Assembly (NCBI GenBank): GCA_048213135.1
Contig: PS015037.1
Location: 102,000-145,407 of the forward strand
Direction: 5' to 3'
DNA from: Reclinomonas americana ATCC 50394
Taxonomy: Eukaryota
DNA: 43,408 bases
Shown here: one piece after another, positions 23,152 to 34,675 of the stretch
Layout: the number at the start of each line of letters is the position of its first letter
Numbering within the stretch: the stretch's first letter is position 1
Notes under the pieces: generated by a model
The model's input: only the letters and a program-made list of their open reading frames with translations
Database searches by the model: none
Told to the model about the DNA's origin: nothing
Translations under genes and position numbers: made by a program

Positions 23152-25020
23152 AGAGAATGAGAGAGACAGCAACCTGTGCACACAAGCACTCTCTCTCTCT
23201 CTCTTTCACACACACAGTGACCTTTGCCTCACCGCTCACTATGCATGTGCTTGCAGGGTGGCGCATGTGTGGGGCGATTTCTACAGTTGCGTCATGCATG
23301 ATGCATTCGGCTCTTGTGTGACATTCTCCGATCCTTATTTTGTTTTGTGCGCCAGGCATGGGATACGCGTACGGCACGCTGCTGAAGGACAAGATGCTGC
23401 AGTTCTTCCCGCAGGTGTGGCAGCACATTGAGGATCAGGTGACCACGGCGGACTACGTCAAGGCACGTGTGTGTGGATGCTCGGCTTGTGCTTTCAAGTT
23501 GTGTCGCGGCTCATTGTGTGTGCGTGCAGGAGCTGCCCAAGTGGCTCGGCGACCTGATTGCCAATGCGGGCTTGGATGTGGCTCTTGATGCGCTCTGTTG
23601 CGTTGTCTAGTCACACACTGTGTGCGTCACAATGCTGACGTTCGTGTCGTCGTTGCAGGGGAGGTCACCAAGGCGTACACGCCGGACTATGTCGAGCAGG
23701 AACAGCGTGGTATCGCTGATGGTGCGGCTTGAGTTGCATTGAGGAGCTTTGCAGAGCGTGTGCTGACTGCTGGTGTGTAGCCTCTGGTGCCGACTTCAAG
23801 ATGATTCGCCGCATCCACTTGATTGGCGAGATCACCAAGGGCCGCTGCTCGATGGCCGGCATGTGGGGACGCACCACCAAGGATGGCGGCCTCATTCAAG
23901 TGCGTGCGCTGGATTGGGACACTGATGGTGCGTGTGAATAAGGGAGAAGGGAGGAAGGGAGAGGGCGGGAAGGGATAAGGAGCAACATGCACAGGAGACC
24001 TATTCCGACTCTCTGTGCTGACACACTTGCTCCGCAGGCCCCTTCCAGTCCTTCCCCGCCGTGATTGTGTACCACCCTGACCAGACTCCGGACGGCCGCT
24101 ACGGCAGCGCATGGCTCAACGTCGGATGTGCGTCCTCACTCGTCCGCACTCCTTTCTTGTTTACCCCTCTAAATCGCTGTCGTGTNNNNNNNNNNNNNNN
24201 NNNNNATCGCGTGCTGTGTTTCTGTATTCGCACTGACCTTGTGTACACTATGCAGTGGCTTCCAGTACTCGCACTCGTCGCTGAACGTGTTCGATCCGCT
24301 CAACCAGCAGCCGCTCTACGACTGGTTCGTTGTGTTGTTGCTGTGCCACTCCATGTGTATGTGTGCGCTCACGAATGGCGATGTTCTGCAGGCACCCGCG
24401 CATCAGTTTCGCTCATTACTCCCCCTCGCTTGTTCGTCACATCACTCACACTACCTCTTCCTGTTCCACCCCTGCCACACAGACGACACCGTGTACTGGT
24501 CAGTGCCATTGCATCGTGCGCTTTCCCTCTTTGCAATCTCCTCACCCCATCCTTCACACAGGGGCATGGACTGGCTGTGCCCGTCGTACAGCCAGCGTCT
24601 CAGCGAGCGCATCACCAACCTGTACGGACAGGTGACACCGGCCAACGTCATCTCCGACATTGTGTCGTACACGGCCACTGGCGACCTGCACGTGCGTCAC
24701 CACTGCCTGCTCCTTTCCTGACACCTCCGTCGTCGTCGCTGACATGAAGTCTTCACGCTGACAGGTGGCGGTCTACGATCTGTCGCACAATGGCCTGTAC
24801 GTCGCCAACGCTCGTGGTGCGAACGAGTCGGGTCCCTTCGAGGCGTACAAGCGCCAGTTTGGTGCGTCATATATCGCCCCTGTCACTCTCTCGTCCTCTG
24901 CACCCCCGACTGACTCTTTCCTCCCCCCCCCCTGCGTCAACAGTGTACTTTGACCTGGAGAAGACGTTTGCCGAGGCTCGCCCGGGCTCGCAGCTCATCG
25001 ACCAGCAGTCGGCACTGTAA
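22673..25020 (+). CDS. Secreted Ntn-hydrolase, peptidase C45/acid-ceramidase-like, copy 2 (tandem paralog); exons lost in gap 24186-24205
   Basis: Signal peptide; VAHVWGDFYSMGYAYGTLL; EQRGIADASG; putative nucleophile Cys at 23846-23848 in GRCSMAGMWG; VRALDW motif; same C-terminal motifs as copy 1. Confidence 0.88.
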
Positions 25021-25133
25021 GTGTGCTGGGTGTACTTTTGTGTTTCTTGCGTTTGTGTGTTGCCACAGTTGCCGTGTCCATGGTACGATTTCAATGAAAA
25101 CAAATACAACGTGGCACCTGATGATGGCGATGC

Positions 25134-26918
25134 TTACTCGCGCTCGGTGACGGACCACTCGGGCTTCACCTCGACAATCTTGCCCGGATTGAGGATGTTG
25201 AGTGGGTCGAGGGCGCGCTTCAGACGTCGCATGAGCTGCACGGCGGGCGCACCCAGTTCCGGCTCCAGGAACTCCATCTTGCCGATACCGATGCCGTGCT
25301 CGCCAGTGCACGTACCGCCCATGGAGATACCACTGGGAGTGCGGAAGGAAGGGTGAAGATTGTACAAAGAGGAGAGAGAGAGAGAGAGTGATTTGACCAC
25401 TCACCGCAACACCATGTTGCGGTTCAGTCGGTGAGCCTCGGCGGCCTCGCGCGCATCTCGCGGATTAAACATCTGCACTCAGGGGGTTGGTGAGTTCGCC
25501 CTTTCCACAACAGCAGAATCATGTGCACCAACGCAACGATGCACACGTGGAAGTTGCCGTCGCCCACGTGGCCAACAATCGGGCAGAACAAGAAGCTTGC
25601 GTCCAGCTCCTTCTTCGTGGCATCGATGCTGTGCGTCACAGCAGTGAGCAGACACTTCTCAGCAGGTGCACAGAGAAATTGACAACGCACCAATCGGCCA
25701 GACGAGAGATGGGCACGGCGACATCCGTGGCCATGACTTCGCGGTCGGGATCACTCACTTGCACCGCCCAGAAAGCTGCAGAGGAAATGAGGCGAGGTGT
25801 GCAGTGATTGTCGTGCGATCCTACGAACCATGCTTGCGTGCCTCCCACAGCTTTTCACTCTCCTCATGCGACTTGCTCCACACAAAGTCGTGGGTCGTGT
25901 ACCGCTTGACCTGTTGTTACACGGACGTCAGCACCAATCACCAAAAAAACACACGCAGCTCAACTCGACGCAACAATCTCACGGACGACCTCGATATCGT
26001 GCTGCACGTGCGGCTCAGGGCCCGTGAACTTGAAGCTGCCCGACATGTGAGCACGCAGCTCCTGCCACTCGCCGCTTCGACAACGAAATAACGCAACAGA
26101 ATGCACGGCGTCTCTGCCATGTTGGTGTCGGAGTAGGCATTCACCGCGCGCACCATGTGCTCGTCAAACAGCTCGACAGCGCCCAGTTGCACGTCGCGCT
26201 GCAAGATCTTGATCACGGCATCGCACGCATCCTTCACGGAGGCGAAGCTGACCACGGCCACGGCCTGCGCGATTCACGGTGAGTGCACTGTCAACTGCTC
26301 TTCTCGATAGTGGAATGCACACGCAAACCTGGTACTTCGGGATCACACGCAGACGCAGCGTGGCCTCGGTGATGATGCCGAGTGTGCCCTCTGAGCCCAC
26401 AAACAGACGCGACAGATCGTATCCTGGCGGTGGGAAGAAAGGGTCGTCAGCGAGTGCCAGGAAGGAGCACAAGATTGTGGTGATCGCACCTGCACTCGAC
26501 TTGCGAGCGCGCTGTCCCGTCTTCACAATTGAGCCGTCGGCCAGCACGACGGTCAGGCTGATGACTTGGTGCTTCCTGGAGAGGAAGGAGGAGGAGGGAG
26601 AGGAGAAGGAGAAGGAGGAGAAAAAGTACTTAGTAATCAAAAGCGCAACGACATCGCTGCGGAAACAAACACAGATGGCACAACGAGAGAGAGAGAGAGG
26701 AAGGTGTACGCGACACTTCGCGTGCAGAACGGGCGAAGGACAAAGAATGTGGTGCTCAAACAACGCCGGTCGAGCAAGGTACAGTCGGAAGTGGGTACAG
26801 AGTGAGTACAAGAGCAATGACATCGGTGCACGAGGACAGGGAAAGTGGCATATGACGCAAACCCCACAGCAGCGATGTTGAAATGAGAGTAATGCCACGA
26901 GGTGAGAAAGGAAATCGT

Positions 26919-26954
<36 letters not shown>

Positions 26955-28124
26955 AGGAACAGGGAGCAAGATTGCAAGAGTCGCCGAAACGGCAGAGGAA
27001 GCGATGCGGGATGCAGCTGTCGACCACAGAGAGAGTCGGAAGACGGTACAGAGTGACCGAAAGAGCAACGACGTCAGCGCAAAAAAACACGAGAAAAACA
27101 GGAACAGTGAAAGAATGAAGGAAATGCAAAAGAAGCTGAGCGTGTATCATGATTGATATAGCGAGAACAGCGACAGGGAACGAGCGCAGCGCCACAAACA
27201 ACAAAGTCGAGCACATAGTGAGACAGAAAGAATGCACGACATCGGTGAGGAGAAAAGAATGCAAGCGAAACACAGTGTATGACTCCCTCTCCTCTTTACT
27301 CCAACACGCAACATGGTTCCATAACGCACGGCATTCGTCCCACTGCACGAGGTGGCACACATGCCGCCGATGCACGCACCAGGCGCCGGATCCTGCACAC
27401 ACACACACACACACAAACAATCAGTTCACCAACCAGCTAGCTCGCTTCCCCGCCCCTTCGCAAGCAACGCAACCACTCCCAAAAAGAGGCCATACTGCTT
27501 GCAGTGCTCATTGAGGTGCATCCAGCCAACACCCGGCTGCACCACACAGTCGGCGTCGTCGACATTGACTCGCAAGATCTTGTCCATGCGGCTGAAATCC
27601 ATGCACACACCGCCTTGCGGCGCCGTCGTGTGACCCTCCAGACTCGTGCCCGCAGCGAAAGGAATGATCGGAATGCGCCATCGTGCACACACCTTGACAA
27701 TCTCCGAAACCTGACGCCATGACAATCTCTCTCAATCACCAGCAATGCACACACACACAATGCACGATGCATGCATACAAGGAAAAACCTCTTCAGTGCT
27801 CTCTGGCCACACCACCGCCTGCGGCCACTCTGGCAACGCACACCCTGTTCTCTCCTTCCCGCGCTGCTCCAGATCCGCGCGCAGTGTCGAGTACTTGTCG
27901 CGGCCGAGCAGTTGCGAGAGTTGCCGGTGTGCCTCGGGGTACACGTTCTCAAACGGCGACTTTTCCGGGTTGTGATCGGCGCGCCACACGTCACTGTGGC
28001 GAGGAGGAGGAGGAGGAGAAGGAGAAGGAGGTGCGGTCACTGAGGCAGCGACGGCTGTGGTGCCGACAGTCAGCACCAGAGCAGCGGTGCTGGTGGCCCA
28101 CGCCAGCGCGCGTCGGAAGAACAT
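25134..28124 (-). CDS. LDHD: Mitochondrial FAD-linked D-lactate dehydrogenase (cytochrome) / FAD-binding oxidoreductase type 4; 12 exons
   Basis: 11 introns give a complete frame with [91 protein letters not shown] and ALDPLNILNPGK. N-terminus MFFRRALAWA resembles a mitochondrial targeting peptide. Confidence 0.93.
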
Positions 28125-28293
28125 GGCGACAATGAAAAGACACGTGCAGGACGATCGCTCTTCGTGGTTTGTTGTTTTACATTCTTGTGTTTCATGGCAC
28201 ACTGCAGGGCACCACAGGCGCCGGTAATGTCAATCCCTGTCAAGCGATGAGGTGAGGGAGAGTGCGATACAGAATACACATTGCATGAACGAT

Positions 28294-29840
28294 TTAACGC
28301 ACCTCCATTAACCGGCGGGCCATTTTGGCTTCCTCCAGCGAGGGCACGCGCAGCACAAAGGTGTCGGGCTTGAGGACCAGACTGCTCGTGTGCAGGCCGT
28401 CCTCGCTGCAGTGTGAGCTGTCGCTTGAGGACCACATGATGGACTCGTCAATGGTCACGGCCTGGTCGCTGGTGTGTCGTGGTCGCTGCCGCTGCAAGGC
28501 CGGCACCGGTGGGCTCATGCGGGCCGACGAGTACTGTGGTCCAGCGCGAGTAACGGCAGCACCGTCGCCATCATCGTAAACGTCGTCATCGTCGTCGTCG
28601 TCGCGATGAAGTGTGACGGCTGAGTTGATTCGCCTCGGCGGCCGCCGTGTGTACTCGGGCGGAGGTGGCAAGCGTGGCGATGGCGTTGGTGCGCATCTGG
28701 CCGCAGCTGTTGCGCCGATGATGGGCGTCGACGGAGTCGTGCACGTGCTGGTGGCCGCGGAGCTGTCGTCCCCCCCGCCGTGTTCCACCAACGCCGTCAG
28801 TCGCGGGCTCTCCAGGTTGTCGCTGCAGCCCATGCTCATGGCCTTGACCATTACCAGACGCTCCACTTCGCGCATGCGAGTGCAATTCTCCCGTTCAACG
28901 TTGACCACTGGTGAGAGAGAGGGGGAGGGACAGTGTGAGTGCAAGTCAGTCGTCATGTTCGGGTTCTTCTTGTTGTTGCCCACGAAACATTCACGGCGAT
29001 ATCGAAGTTCCTCGCGCTGCCGCAGCCTGCGCTCCTCCCGCTGCAGCTCCCGCACGCGGTGGCCCGACGCACACACGCAGACGCACAGCAGCGGGAAGCA
29101 CAGCACACACAGCGTGTTCTCCAACCACACCGGTCCCGACGCCGGCACATCGCGATCACCAAACCCACTCTGCCTCCCATCAGTCCCCGGCACGCCCGGA
29201 GCCCTTCGCCACCTGCACCGCACCCAACAACAATGAGCACTGTACCACGAAAGCACGAGACGGAGATGGGACGCAACATTCCCCAACAGCAGAAGCGATC
29301 TGTGTGTCGAGGATGATAAGGTGAGCACGCGCGATCAGACATACCAAACAGGCGTCGCACACACATACCTTGCTCTCTGCTCGACAACACTGGAGGCACT
29401 GGATCAGGCATCAGTTCCAACTCAGGGTGCTCGGCCAACACACTGTCAACCAGCGAGTCCAACACAGACATCGGTGTCGCAGTCATTGTTGTTGTTGTCG
29501 CACGCATCATGATCGCCACCACAATGTCGTCGGGTGAGATAGCTGTGAAGCCACATTCGTCAGTGCTCGTGTGCATTCCCGAAGTGTGAGTTGAGTTGGA
29601 TTGGGAGGGAACAAAAAAAGGGAGAGTCAACGAGACACAGAGGGAGACAAGGCGCGATTCGTTCGTGCAAACGGTGAGTGGCACGTGACAGAGAGAGACA
29701 GGGGGGGGGAGCGAAGAGAATGGGTGTGTGTGAGGTGTGTGTGTGTGTGTGGTTTGGTGGATTGCGAGTGAGTGAGTTGGAGAGTGACGAGAGGAGACAC
29801 GAAGAAGAGAGATCCGCGCCAATGCGGTGGTTTCAGACAT
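28294..29840 (-). CDS. Hypothetical protein (short coiled coil plus disordered tail); exon structure partly unresolved
   Basis: Long last exon (NVERENCTRMREVERLVMVKAM...EEAKMARRLMEVR*), coiled-coil exon RVRELQREERRLRQREELRYR and upstream exon-like segment SVLDSLVDSVLAEHPELEL. No recognisable family. Confidence 0.5.
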
Positions 29841-31584
29841 GATTTGTGAGGAGAGACAGGGGAGAGGGAGTGAGAGGCGGAGAGGCAAAGTGATGTAGGT
29901 GTGTGATAGTGTGAGAGTGCGTGTATGTGTGTGTGGAAGGAAGGAGAGGGAGGGAGGGGAAGAGAGAGAGAGAGACAGAAAGAGGGTGAGGGAGATCTGC
30001 AACTCACCTGCGTTGGATCTCCCTTGTTCGTCGCGAGGAGTTGTTCACCACGTGTGCGTGCGTGTGCTTGTGTGCGTTGCTGCGTGTCGCTGGTGTGGAC
30101 GATGAGTGCGACTGCTGCACGTTGCTCACGAGACACGACGGAAATGGAGATGTGGCTGCGAAAATTGGTGCAATCAATCAATTGATGTGTGTGTCTTTTT
30201 GGCGCGCAACTCACTCCGCGGGGGATGTGGCATGTGGAGGGGCGGGGGAGGGAGAGAGAGTGTGTGGAGAGGGAGGGAGGAGGTAAACCTGCAGACAGAG
30301 GATCGGGAGAGTGTTCGGTTTGCGAAAATGGCACTCGATATTGCGATGCAGCTGTCGTGGGTCTTGCTTGGCTGCAAGTGTTTTATCGCATCCATCGCGT
30401 TGAACGTCACAGAAATTATTGCGACGCCGCCGCTGCTTAGCTTACCTCACAGATACAGACCCGGCTTTGCAAATTTGCTGTGTTAATTACAGTTGTACAG
30501 TACCTGCTGCTGGCATTGGCCTTTCCCGAATTCGATGTGCCGTGTATGATCGCAGAAAACACTATTGCGTCTATGCAAGTGCGTCAAATCCACTGGTCAA
30601 CCACGCTTATGCGGTGAAGATCGCAGTTCTCGACTTGCTGTTCGGAGCTCCGAGAGCGAATTCGAACACACACACACAAGGAACCTGCTGCTTCCTCAAG
30701 AATGGTGTCTGTGTTGATGTTTTGGATACGGTTGAACTTGGTCATCAAGACAGATGTTGCTTGTTTGTTGCGATGAATTGTTAGACCTGCAATCGGGAAA
30801 AAGATTCAACCATGTTGANNNNNNNNNNNNNNNNNNNNNNNNNNNNNNNNNNNNNNNNNNNNNNNNNNNNNNNNNNNNNNNNNNNNNNNNNNNNNNNNNN
30901 NNNNNNNNNNNNNNNNNNNNNNNNNNNNNNNNNNNNNNNNNNNNNNNNNNNNNNNNNNNNNNNNNNNNNNNNNNNNNNNNNNNNNNNNNNNNNNNNNNNN
31001 NNNNNNNNNNNNNNNNNNNNNNNNNNNNNNNNNNNNNNNNNNNNNNNNNNNNNNNNNNNNNNNNNNNNNNNNNNNNNNNNNNNNNNNNNNNNNNNNNNNN
31101 NNNNNNNNNNNNNNNNNNNNNNNNNNNNNNNNNNNNNNNNNNNNNNNNNNNNNNNNNNNNNNNNNNNNNNNNNNNNNNNNNNNNNNNNNNNNNNNNNNNN
31201 NNNNNNNNNNNNNNNNNNNNNNNNNNNNNNNNNNNNNNNNNNNNNNNNNNNNNNNNNNNNNNNNNNNNNNNNNNNNNNNNNNNNNNNNNNNNNNNNNNNN
31301 NNNNNNNNNNNNNNNNNNNNNNNNNNNNNNNNNNNNNNNNNNNNNNNNNNNNNNNNNNNNNNNNNNNNNNNNNNNNNNNNNNNNNNNNNNNNNNNNNNNN
31401 NNNNNNNNNNNNNNNNNNNNNNNNNNNNNNNNNNNNNNNNNNNNNNNNNNNNNNNNNNNNNNNNNNNNNNNNNNNNNNNNNNNNNNNNNNNNNNNNNNNN
31501 NNNNNNNNNNNNNNNNNNNNNNNNNNNNNNNNNNNNNNNNNNNNNNNNNNNNGTTGTTGTTGCCTCGTTTGCATCTGCAATTAC

Positions 31585-31663
31585 AACAAAACACTTTATT
31601 CACCACATTCCAATAATGCGACCAATGTCCACAAATCCCTTGCCGACGATGACCATTGGTACA
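31585..31663. repeat. Dispersed about 80-bp repeat, copy A
   Basis: aacaaaacacttt...ccacatt(c/g)caataatgcgac(c/a)aatgtccacaaatc(c/t)cttgccgac(g/a)atgacc..gtaca matches 42819-42897 in the same orientation. Confidence 0.8.
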
Positions 31664-31749
31664 TGTTGGTGAACGTCGCTTGTCGAATCAAGTTCCCTGA
31701 GTAACAACTACACGTGGGTACATCACTAGCAATGCCAGCTTCTCCACAG

Positions 31750-32176
31750 TACGGCTGCTCTTCCGTGGGTTCCCGTCACCTCCTGCGTTGCGTGCCAGCT
31801 GCCACTCAATAATCAATAGCGAGCGTGGCGCTCACGTTTTGCGAATGCAGGCGTACCAAGCCGCCACTCACGCCTTTACGTGCGCCATGGGTGAGTATGA
31901 AGAATTGCTCGCATCTTGCATGGTCCCCTGCAAAGTAGCAGACTTAACATCTTCTGATTGGTATCCTACTCTCCCGTCGCCTCTCCCTTGTGTGTCGTCC
32001 CTACTTTGCCTGCATCCACAGAGAACAACTGGTCGACACGCCCACACATCATCTGGGGCTTCGATGTGGCCACCGGCAAAATCACCTTGTCCGGCGTGCC
32101 GGTGTCGCCTGGCATCCTCATCCCCCCGGTCACCGCGCCCTGGGCCGTGATCCCAAACTCGGTATGTGACATGTGA
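31750..32176 (+). CDS. 3' exons of an unidentified gene (5' part probably in gap 30819-31552 or at 30330-30800)
   Basis: Exons 31750-31786, 31851-31890 and 32022 onward join in frame (TAALPWVPVTSC|AYQAATHAFTCAME|NNWSTRPHIIWGFDVATGKITLSG...), with GC3-rich codons and good splice sites. Confidence 0.55.
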
Positions 32177-32455
32177 GTGCAAGCACGTGTGAAACTGCAA
32201 CTTGCAATCAAGAGTTGTACATCCACTTCACACTCAATCAAAGATCCTGAGATAAACAACACATACACACACACAGATATGCTTCTCCGCCTCCACCAAC
32301 TCAGTCCATGCCGTTGGACGGCGCGTGAGGCGGAGAGAAAGGGGCGGACGGCTCACCCATCCACATATACACAGGGTAGACACAACGAGAAAAAAAGAGG
32401 TGAAAGTGGGAGGGAAGGTTAGACGTAAAGAAACAGGCCAAACATGTCGATATGC

Positions 32456-32978
32456 TCAGGGTGCATAGAGCGAGCGAGGCGACTTGCCGCCCTGGCGCTT
32501 CCACTGATGCTCCAACTTGCTGTCCTCCTCCTCGGCAAGCTCCCTGGCCAGGTGGTCGTCGTGTTGCACAATGCTGCGCGGCCGACGAGTGAGACACGAC
32601 AACAAACAAGGGAAATGAGGATTGAGCATCACGCACTACTCCCACAGAGAGGGGAACTGCGACCGAGTGATGCGGCTTCCAGTGGCAAATTCCTGCACCG
32701 CACTGGTGAGACCCATGCACGGAGAAACTTTCTCCTTCGAGACAAGCGAGACGCAACGCGAACAAGGTTTCCCAGTTGCTCTCGGCTCCAGCCAAGGGTG
32801 CGGCATTGCTCTGTGTGGCGAGTGAGTGCAAGACCACAATGTTATCGCGGGGAGGCAGTTTTCGAGAATCACGCAACCCGGCAGCTGCAACAGACGAGAA
32901 ACCGTGAGTATGATGAGGTGCAAGACTGCTGACGATCAGAATTGCTCACCTTGCTGACGTAGTACTTGTACAACTCAT
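32456..32978 (-). CDS. 3' exons of a small EF-hand-like protein (5' end beyond the satellite/gap)
   Basis: Exons 32950-32978, 32878-32884 (7 nt), 32758-32810, 32637-32692 and 32456-32573, separated by four 63-67 nt introns, give ELYKYYVSK|LPE|QCRTLGWSREQLGNLVR|EFATGSRITRSQFPSLWEY|IVQHDDHLARELAEEEDSKLE...*. The G-x-x-I-T-x-x-Q-F-x-x-L-W pattern resembles a degenerate EF-hand; family assignment is tentative. Confidence 0.65.
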
Positions 32979-33104
32979 CTGCGCACAGAAGAATGTCAGG
33001 ATGCACACAGAAACACACACACTCACGGACAAGCACTCATGCACTCAGTCAAAAACAGACGCATGGCATACTAATCTCCCCCAAACAGTTACAATCGTAC
33101 CCGT

Positions 33105-33878
33105 GCAGTCATTGCATACGACTGTCTCTCACTCGGATACACGCACGTACACAACAATCTGGTGCACGATTCTCTCTCTCTCTCTCACACACAGACTCGT
33201 ACTTACTCATTGACAAGCACAAACACACGCTCACAGATTCACAGTCACGGTGCACGATCTCTCTCGCTCGCTCACACATGCAAACACGCGCACATACACA
33301 TTCACAGACAAGCACACACAGTCATGGTGCACGACTGTCTCTCACACAGAGAAACGCATGCACACAGACAACCTGGTGCACATTTCTCTCTCTCTCTCTC
33401 ACACACACAGACTCGCACATACTCATTGACAAGCACAAACACTCACTCAAAGATTCACAGTCATGGTGCACAATCTCTCTCGCTCGCTCATACACACGTA
33501 AGCACGCCCACATACACATTCACAGACATGCACACACAGTCATGATGCACGACTGTCTCTCACACAGAGAAACAAACACACGCACACAAACCATCTGGTG
33601 CACGATTCTCACCCTTTCTCTTTCTCTCTCGCTCGCACACACACACACGCAAACACACCCACATACACATTCACAGACAAGCACACACAACTATGGTGCA
33701 CGACTGTCTCTCACACAGAGAAACAAACACAAGCACACAAACCATCTGGTGCACGATTCTCCCTCCCTCTCTCTCTCGCACACAAAGACATGCACTCACT
33801 CACTCACTCACACACCGTCATGACACACGAACGACTCTCACACAGAGACACGCATGCATACATACAATCTGGTGCACG

Positions 33879-33920
<42 letters not shown>
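33105..33920 (+). repeat. Composite CA/CT-rich satellite with higher-order (about 215-bp) structure built on a GGTGCACGA anchor
   Basis: GGTGCACGA-like anchors recur about 10 times. A three-subunit unit repeats at 33161, 33375 and 33597, then shorter units at 33748 and 33871, ending in (CT)n at the gap. Confidence 0.85.
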
Positions 33921-34323
33921 NNNNNNNNNNNNNNNNNNNNNNNNNNNNNNNNNNNNNNNNNNNNNNNNNNNNNNNNNNNNNNNNNNNNNNNNNNNNNNNN
34001 NNNNNNNNNNNNNNNNNNNNNNNNNNNNNNNNNNNNNNNNNNNNNNNNNNNNNNNNNNNNNNNNNNNNNNNNNNNNNNNNNNNNNNNNNNNNNNNNNNNN
34101 NNNNNNNNNNNNNNNNNNNNNNNNNNNNNNNNNNNNNNNNNNNNNNNNNNNNNNNNNNNNNNNNNNNNNNNNNNNNNNNNNNNNNNNNNNNNNNNNNNNN
34201 NNNNNNNNNNNNNNNNNNNNNNNNNNNNNNNNNNNNNNNNNNNNNNNNNNNNNNNNNNNNNNNNNNNNNNNNNNNNNNNNNNNNNNNNNNNNNNNNNNNN
34301 NNNNNNNNNNNNNNNNNNNNNTA

Positions 34324-34471
<148 letters not shown>

Positions 34472-34512
34472 ACTCACCTCCGTGCTCTTGCTCGTGTCGC
34501 CAACCTTTGCAG

Positions 34513-34675
34513 TCGGACTCGCCGTCATCATCGCCGCCCGCGTCACCTCGGGGCTCCTCCTCGTTTGTCGACACTGTGGTGTCGCTGATCAAGTCGCCCA
34601 AGGTGTGGGTGGGTGTGGCCGCTGCGGTTTCGGCCGGTGTCTTCCTGTACAATGCGGTGGTGAACGCGGAGGATG
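34513..34675 (+). CDS. Isolated internal exon encoding one transmembrane segment; rest of gene not resolved
   Basis: TTGCAG acceptor after a pyrimidine tract and G|GTAAGT donor; translates SDSPSSSPPASPRGSSSFVDTVVSLIKSPKVWVGVAAAVSAGVFLYNAVVNAED. Confidence 0.55.

Noticed and set aside
26576-27312. Nested gene in the 737-nt D-LDH intron
   Set aside because: Pyrimidine/CT-repeat-rich on the sense strand with no phase-consistent exons; the D-LDH frame is complete without it.
30696-31704. Long ORFs spanning N runs (also 4995-6200 and 33598-34791)
   Set aside because: They are open only because N gaps contain no stop codons.
33105-33920. CRISPR-like array (short repeat with spacers)
   Set aside because: The anchor is only about 9 nt, spacers are themselves repeated and low-complexity, there are no cas genes and the context is eukaryotic.
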